64,000 nt of DNA from the NCBI GenBank assembly GCA_050115495.1, contig JASFQK010000014.1, positions 64,001 through 128,000 of the forward strand, written 5' to 3'. Each line of letters begins with the position of its first letter. The first letter of the stretch is position 1. The position numbers and the translations under genes were made by a program. Below the pieces are notes generated by a model. That model ran no database searches. It was not told the origin of the DNA and saw only the letters and a list, made by a program, of their open reading frames with translations. Shown here piece after piece: positions 60,350 through 64,000 of the stretch. Source of the stretch: Phycisphaerae bacterium (GTDB taxonomy: Bacteria > Planctomycetota > Phycisphaerae > UBA1845 > Fen-1342).

Positions 60350-60751
60350 AGGCAACGAGGGCGGGAAAGGCAACCAGGCAACCCCTTCGACTCCGCTCAG
60401 AGTGCCGAGGCAACGAGGCAACAAGGCGTTGCGGACCTGGGTTGGTTGGCGAGGCGGGGGGTTCTCGACGATCGATGTCTGCGTGGCATGCCCAAGCGAT
60501 AAGGCGCGGGCATGTCCCTCCCGATACACGGAAAAGACATGCCGGCGCCTGAGGCTTCAGCATGCCACACCAGCGACCTGGGCAGGCCACACGCTGTTGC
60601 GAGGTCGAACGTCTGCCAACGATCACCGTCGGCCACGGGGGGCCGACGCTACCAAGATCGCGGGAACGAACGTGCGACGGCGATCGACGTCCGGTACGGA
60701 GCCCGGACCCTACGAGGACGTTCGGTGTCCCGGCGCGCCGGGAGGCGCTAC
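60350..60751. repeat. Mosaic REP/BIME-like cluster 4 with AGGCAACN octamer run
   Basis: AGGCAACN x5 (60350-60423); GTGGCATG types 60483-60515 and 60537-60568; CTAC-footed palindromes 60628-60652, 60689-60713, 60728-60751. Confidence 0.85.
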
Positions 60752-60754
60752 CGG

Positions 60755-61237
60755 TTAGCCCATGCGGCTGACGGCGCTTTCCACGAGCAGCATGTTCTGG
60801 CCAGCCATGCGGGCAACGTCGAGGAGGTACGACATGCTCGCCTCTTCCTCCACCTGCTCTTCGACATACCAGTTCAGGAAGTTGCGCGTGGCGTAGTCCT
60901 TGTCCTGCTCGGCCTGGGCGACGAGGGCATTGATCTGGCCGGTGACCTTCTTCTCGTGTCCGAGCGCCGCCTCGACCGCCGCCACCACGGACGGCCACTC
61001 GGTCGTCGGCGCGGGCAGGGCCTGGAGCGTCACCTTGCCGCCGGTCTCGAGCACGTAGTCGAGGATCTTCATGGCGTGCTGGCGTTCCTCGTCGACCTGC
61101 TTGCGGAAACGGGCGGAGAGCATCTTCAGGCTCATCGAGTCGAACTGGCAGGCCATCGCCAGGTAGAGCTGGGCGGCGAAGAACTCGTTGGTGATCTGCT
61201 CGTTGAGCTTGGCTTTCATCGCGTCGGACATCGTCAT
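60755..61237 (-). CDS. ftnA: Non-heme ferritin
   Basis: LNEQITNE, LYLAMA, EERQHAMK, HEKKVT..IN, FLNWYVEEQVEEE ferroxidase residues. Confidence 0.93.
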   Translation of the reverse strand: MTMSDAMKAKLNEQITNEFFAAQLYLAMACQFDSMSLKMLSARFRKQVDEERQHAMKILDYVLETGGKVTLQALPAPTTEWPSVVAAVEAALGHEKKVTGQINALVAQAEQDKDYATRNFLNWYVEEQVEEEASMSYLLDVARMAGQNMLLVESAVSRMG

Positions 61238-61420
61238 GGTCGGTCACCTCTCGTGGTTGAGGACTCTCGTCAGGCCACCCCGGCCCGGGGGGACAGGTCC
61301 AACTGCACGTGTTCGGAACGAGAACTGCAGAACTCCGGCCCGATGCGTCGGCCCCGCGCCGAGCCAGTTCCGGATTCTAGGCGCCTGGTTTCCGCCCGGC
61401 CACGCTGCCCCCGACGCCGG

Positions 61421-62257
61421 CTAGAACGAGAAGAGAAACTTTGCCACCCACCCCTGGGCACTGGCCATTCGTGACGTGTCGCGTTCGAGTCGCGCGGCCG
61501 CCGCCCGGTGTGGCCCGGCCCGCTCGGCGACGCCGCGGAGATCCACCGCCGCACAACGCCGGCCAACGCCGTCGAGCAGTTCCGCCGACCACACCGTGCT
61601 TTCCTTCACCGCGACGCCCGCCGGCCACTGCCCACAAAGCTGGAGCAGCGGCACGAGCCCCAGCGTCAGGGCTGCGCTCGCGGCGTGTTGCTGGTCCTTG
61701 TCGCCGGCCCGGGCCCAGTGCAGCAGGGTCTCCACCCCGCGAGGATCGCCGATCTGAAGCCAGCCGCGAGCCAGGCCGATCTGGTCCCACGGGTCCTCCG
61801 CCGCCGGCTGGGCGGCAGCCAACTCGGCGAAGCGGGTCGGGTCGATCCGCGCCGCCGCGAGCCAGGCGGCTTGGCGAACGGCTCCGATGTCGTCCGAGCA
61901 CGCCAGCCTCGCCACGAGCGGGAAGTCGCCCGTCCGCCCGGCGCTGCCCAGCGTCTGCACGAAGCTCTCCCGGGCGCGGGCGTCGGCCTCGCGACCGGCG
62001 GTGAGCTGCTCGGCGATGTACTCGATGGCCCGTGGGAACTGCCCCTCGGCGGTCTTCCACGCCCCCAGCGACCGCTCACCCGGCCTTCTGTCCCGCAATT
62101 GCGACAGCACCGCTGCTTCTTCGCGGCCGGCCAGCACGACCCAGGTGGCAATCGCCACCGCCGGCACGGCGACGGCCAGCAGCACCAGCCCCCCCCACCG
62201 CCGCGACGACCTGCGGCCGGCTTCCGCTTTGTTCTCGGGCGTTAACGCCACGTACAC
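61421..62257 (-). CDS. Membrane-anchored HEAT-repeat-like hypothetical protein
   Basis: GGAG RBS; N-terminal TM helix; helical VRQAA..A repeats. Confidence 0.65.
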   Translation of the reverse strand: MYVALTPENKAEAGRRSSRRWGGLVLLAVAVPAVAIATWVVLAGREEAAVLSQLRDRRPGERSLGAWKTAEGQFPRAIEYIAEQLTAGREADARARESFVQTLGSAGRTGDFPLVARLACSDDIGAVRQAAWLAAARIDPTRFAELAAAQPAAEDPWDQIGLARGWLQIGDPRGVETLLHWARAGDKDQQHAASAALTLGLVPLLQLCGQWPAGVAVKESTVWSAELLDGVGRRCAAVDLRGVAERAGPHRAAAARLERDTSRMASAQGWVAKFLFSF

Positions 62258-62371
62258 ATCTCCCGCCGGCGGCTGTGCCGGCCCGCGTATCCTAGGCCCC
62301 CGGATTGCCCGCGACTACCGGCACCGTTACACTACCGTGTTGATTTCACTGGCCCGAAGCGGATCGATCCC

Positions 62372-62842
62372 ATGGCCAAGACGCTGTCCGCGAAGCTGGA
62401 TGCCGCCCCGCACCGTTTCGCCCTCATCGTGTCCCGTTTCAACGAGTTCATCACATCGCGTCTGCTGAGCGGCGCGATCGACGCTCTCGTTCGGCACGGA
62501 GCGAGCGAGGACAACCTCACGCAGGTCTGGGTGCCGGGAGCATGGGAGGTCCCGCTGGCCGCCCGCCGGCTGGCCGAAGGCGGCCAATACGCCGGCATCA
62601 TCTGCCTCGGCTGCGTCATCCGCGGCCAGACGCCGCATTTTGAGTACGTGGCAACCGAGGTCTCGAAGGGTATCGCCCACGTCTCGCTGGAAACGGGCGT
62701 GCCCATTTCCTTCGGCGTCATCACCGCCGACTCGCTCGAACAAGCCGTCGACCGGGCCGGTACCAAGGCGGGCAACAAGGGCGCCGACGCCGCGTTGGCG
62801 GCGATCGAAATGGCCAACCTGCTGCCTCTGCTCTCGTCTTAG
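62372..62842 (+). CDS. ribH: 6,7-dimethyl-8-ribityllumazine synthase
   Basis: [40 protein letters not shown]. Confidence 0.97.
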   Translation: MAKTLSAKLDAAPHRFALIVSRFNEFITSRLLSGAIDALVRHGASEDNLTQVWVPGAWEVPLAARRLAEGGQYAGIICLGCVIRGQTPHFEYVATEVSKGIAHVSLETGVPISFGVITADSLEQAVDRAGTKAGNKGADAALAAIEMANLLPLLSS

Positions 62843-62882
62843 GAGGCTCTCCGAGTAGTCCGCCGTGCGTCCTGCCCCCTCC

Positions 62883-63389
62883 ATGCCCCGTGGACGTTCC
62901 CAGGCTCGCGTGCTGGCCTTGCAGGCCTTGTGCGTGCATGAAGCCGTCGGCGAGCATTTCGCCGAAGAGCTGAGCACGTTCCTGCACGACCACAAGACGC
63001 ATCTCGACCTCGGCCTGCCCCGGGCGCCGCGGCCGGAGGTGCTCTCGTTCGCTCGGCGGCTGGTAGAGGGTACGTGGCGGAACCGCGCCCGGTACGACCA
63101 GATCCTGACCGAGACGGCCTCTGACTGGTCGATTGCCCGCATGCCGCCGGTGGATCGCAACATCCTCCGTCTCGGGCTGCACGAATTGCTCGAAGAGCCC
63201 GACACGCCGCCCGAGGTCGTCATCAACGAAGCCATCGAGCTCGCCCGCCTCTTCGCCGCCGAGGACTCCCCCGGCTTCGTCAACGGCGTGCTCGATGCGG
63301 CTCGCCGGCGGTTCGGCGTGCCCGCCAGCGCGGACGCGACGCCGCCACCGACCGCCAAAACAGAAGAAACCGGCGCGTCCTCGGTCTGA
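62883..63389 (+). CDS. nusB: Transcription antitermination factor NusB
   Basis: R..ARVLALQAL, W...RM..VDRNILRLG, VVINEAIELA, FVNGVLD; follows ribH. Confidence 0.95.
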   Translation: MPRGRSQARVLALQALCVHEAVGEHFAEELSTFLHDHKTHLDLGLPRAPRPEVLSFARRLVEGTWRNRARYDQILTETASDWSIARMPPVDRNILRLGLHELLEEPDTPPEVVINEAIELARLFAAEDSPGFVNGVLDAARRRFGVPASADATPPPTAKTEETGASSV

Positions 63390-63424
63390 CCGACCCGCGC
63401 CGCCAGCCCCGCACGAGGGACATC

Positions 63425-64000
63425 ATGGGATTGTTCGATCTCTTCAAGAAGGGCCTGAAGAAGACGCGCGAGAAAATCGTCTCCGGTCTGCGCTCGATCC
63501 TGTCCGTCGGCCGCAAGATCGACGACGCCCTGCTCGACGAGCTCGCCGATGCGATGCTGACGGGCGATATGGGCCCGCGGGCGGTGATGAGCCTTCAGGA
63601 AGAGATCCGCAACGCCTGGAAAGGCGGGCAGATCAAGGAAGCGCAGGAGATCCTTCCGTTCCTCAAGCAGCGCATCGTCGATACGTGGAAAGAAGGCGAT
63701 CGCGCCGTGCGGTTCGCACCCGCGCCCCCTACCGTCATCTTCGTCGTCGGCGTGAACGGCTCGGGCAAGACGACCAGCGTCGCCAAGCTCGCCCACCATC
63801 TTCGGCAGCAGGGTCATACCGTCCTCCTGGCGGCGTGCGATACGTTCCGGGCGGCGGCGATCGAGCAACTGGGCATCTGGGCCGAACGCGTCGGCGTCGG
63901 GCTCGTCAAGCATCAACCCAACAGCGATCCGGCGGCGGTGGCGTTCGACGCGTGTGAGGCCGCGATCGCCCGCAAGATCGACGTTCTGCTCATCGACACC
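63425..64000 (+). CDS. ftsY: Signal recognition particle receptor FtsY (partial, runs off the window; absent from the ORF track)
   Basis: MGLFDLFKKGLKKTR..., GVNGSGKTTSVAKLA, DTFRAAAIEQL, DPAAVAFDA, DVLLIDT. Confidence 0.95.
   Translation, partial: MGLFDLFKKGLKKTREKIVSGLRSILSVGRKIDDALLDELADAMLTGDMGPRAVMSLQEEIRNAWKGGQIKEAQEILPFLKQRIVDTWKEGDRAVRFAPAPPTVIFVVGVNGSGKTTSVAKLAHHLRQQGHTVLLAACDTFRAAAIEQLGIWAERVGVGLVKHQPNSDPAAVAFDACEAAIARKIDVLLIDT

Overview
GC-rich bacterial window, most consistent with a Planctomycetota (Phycisphaerae-like) chromosome; this is inferred from the dockerin-tailed secreted proteins, Cys-Gly/TM/poly-Arg C-termini and REP types, not from a marker gene. It holds about 51 CDS: housekeeping genes (mutM, asnB-type amidotransferase, murJ, pepA, folE, DinG helicase, ferritin, ribH-nusB-ftsY), an LPS-core cluster, an isobutyryl-CoA-mutase-type large subunit, a small TetR unit with two operator copies, and many large secreted proteins, five ending in the same dockerin-like module. 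No rRNA, tRNA, CRISPR array or transposase was seen. The main finding is a tandem pair of equal-length secreted thioredoxin-fold/Omp28-like, dockerin-tailed paralogs (46891-48873 and 49112-51094, minus strand). One has CxxC. The other has an in-frame TGA at the first Cys (UxxC) followed by a SECIS-like hairpin, so it is a predicted secreted selenoprotein with an adjacent Cys isoform; the ORF track truncates it. Both genes carry a conserved promoter-like motif and a three-stem 5' leader with compensatory base changes. Intergenic regions contain shuffled mosaics of several REP families, and one REP copy lies in frame inside a CDS.
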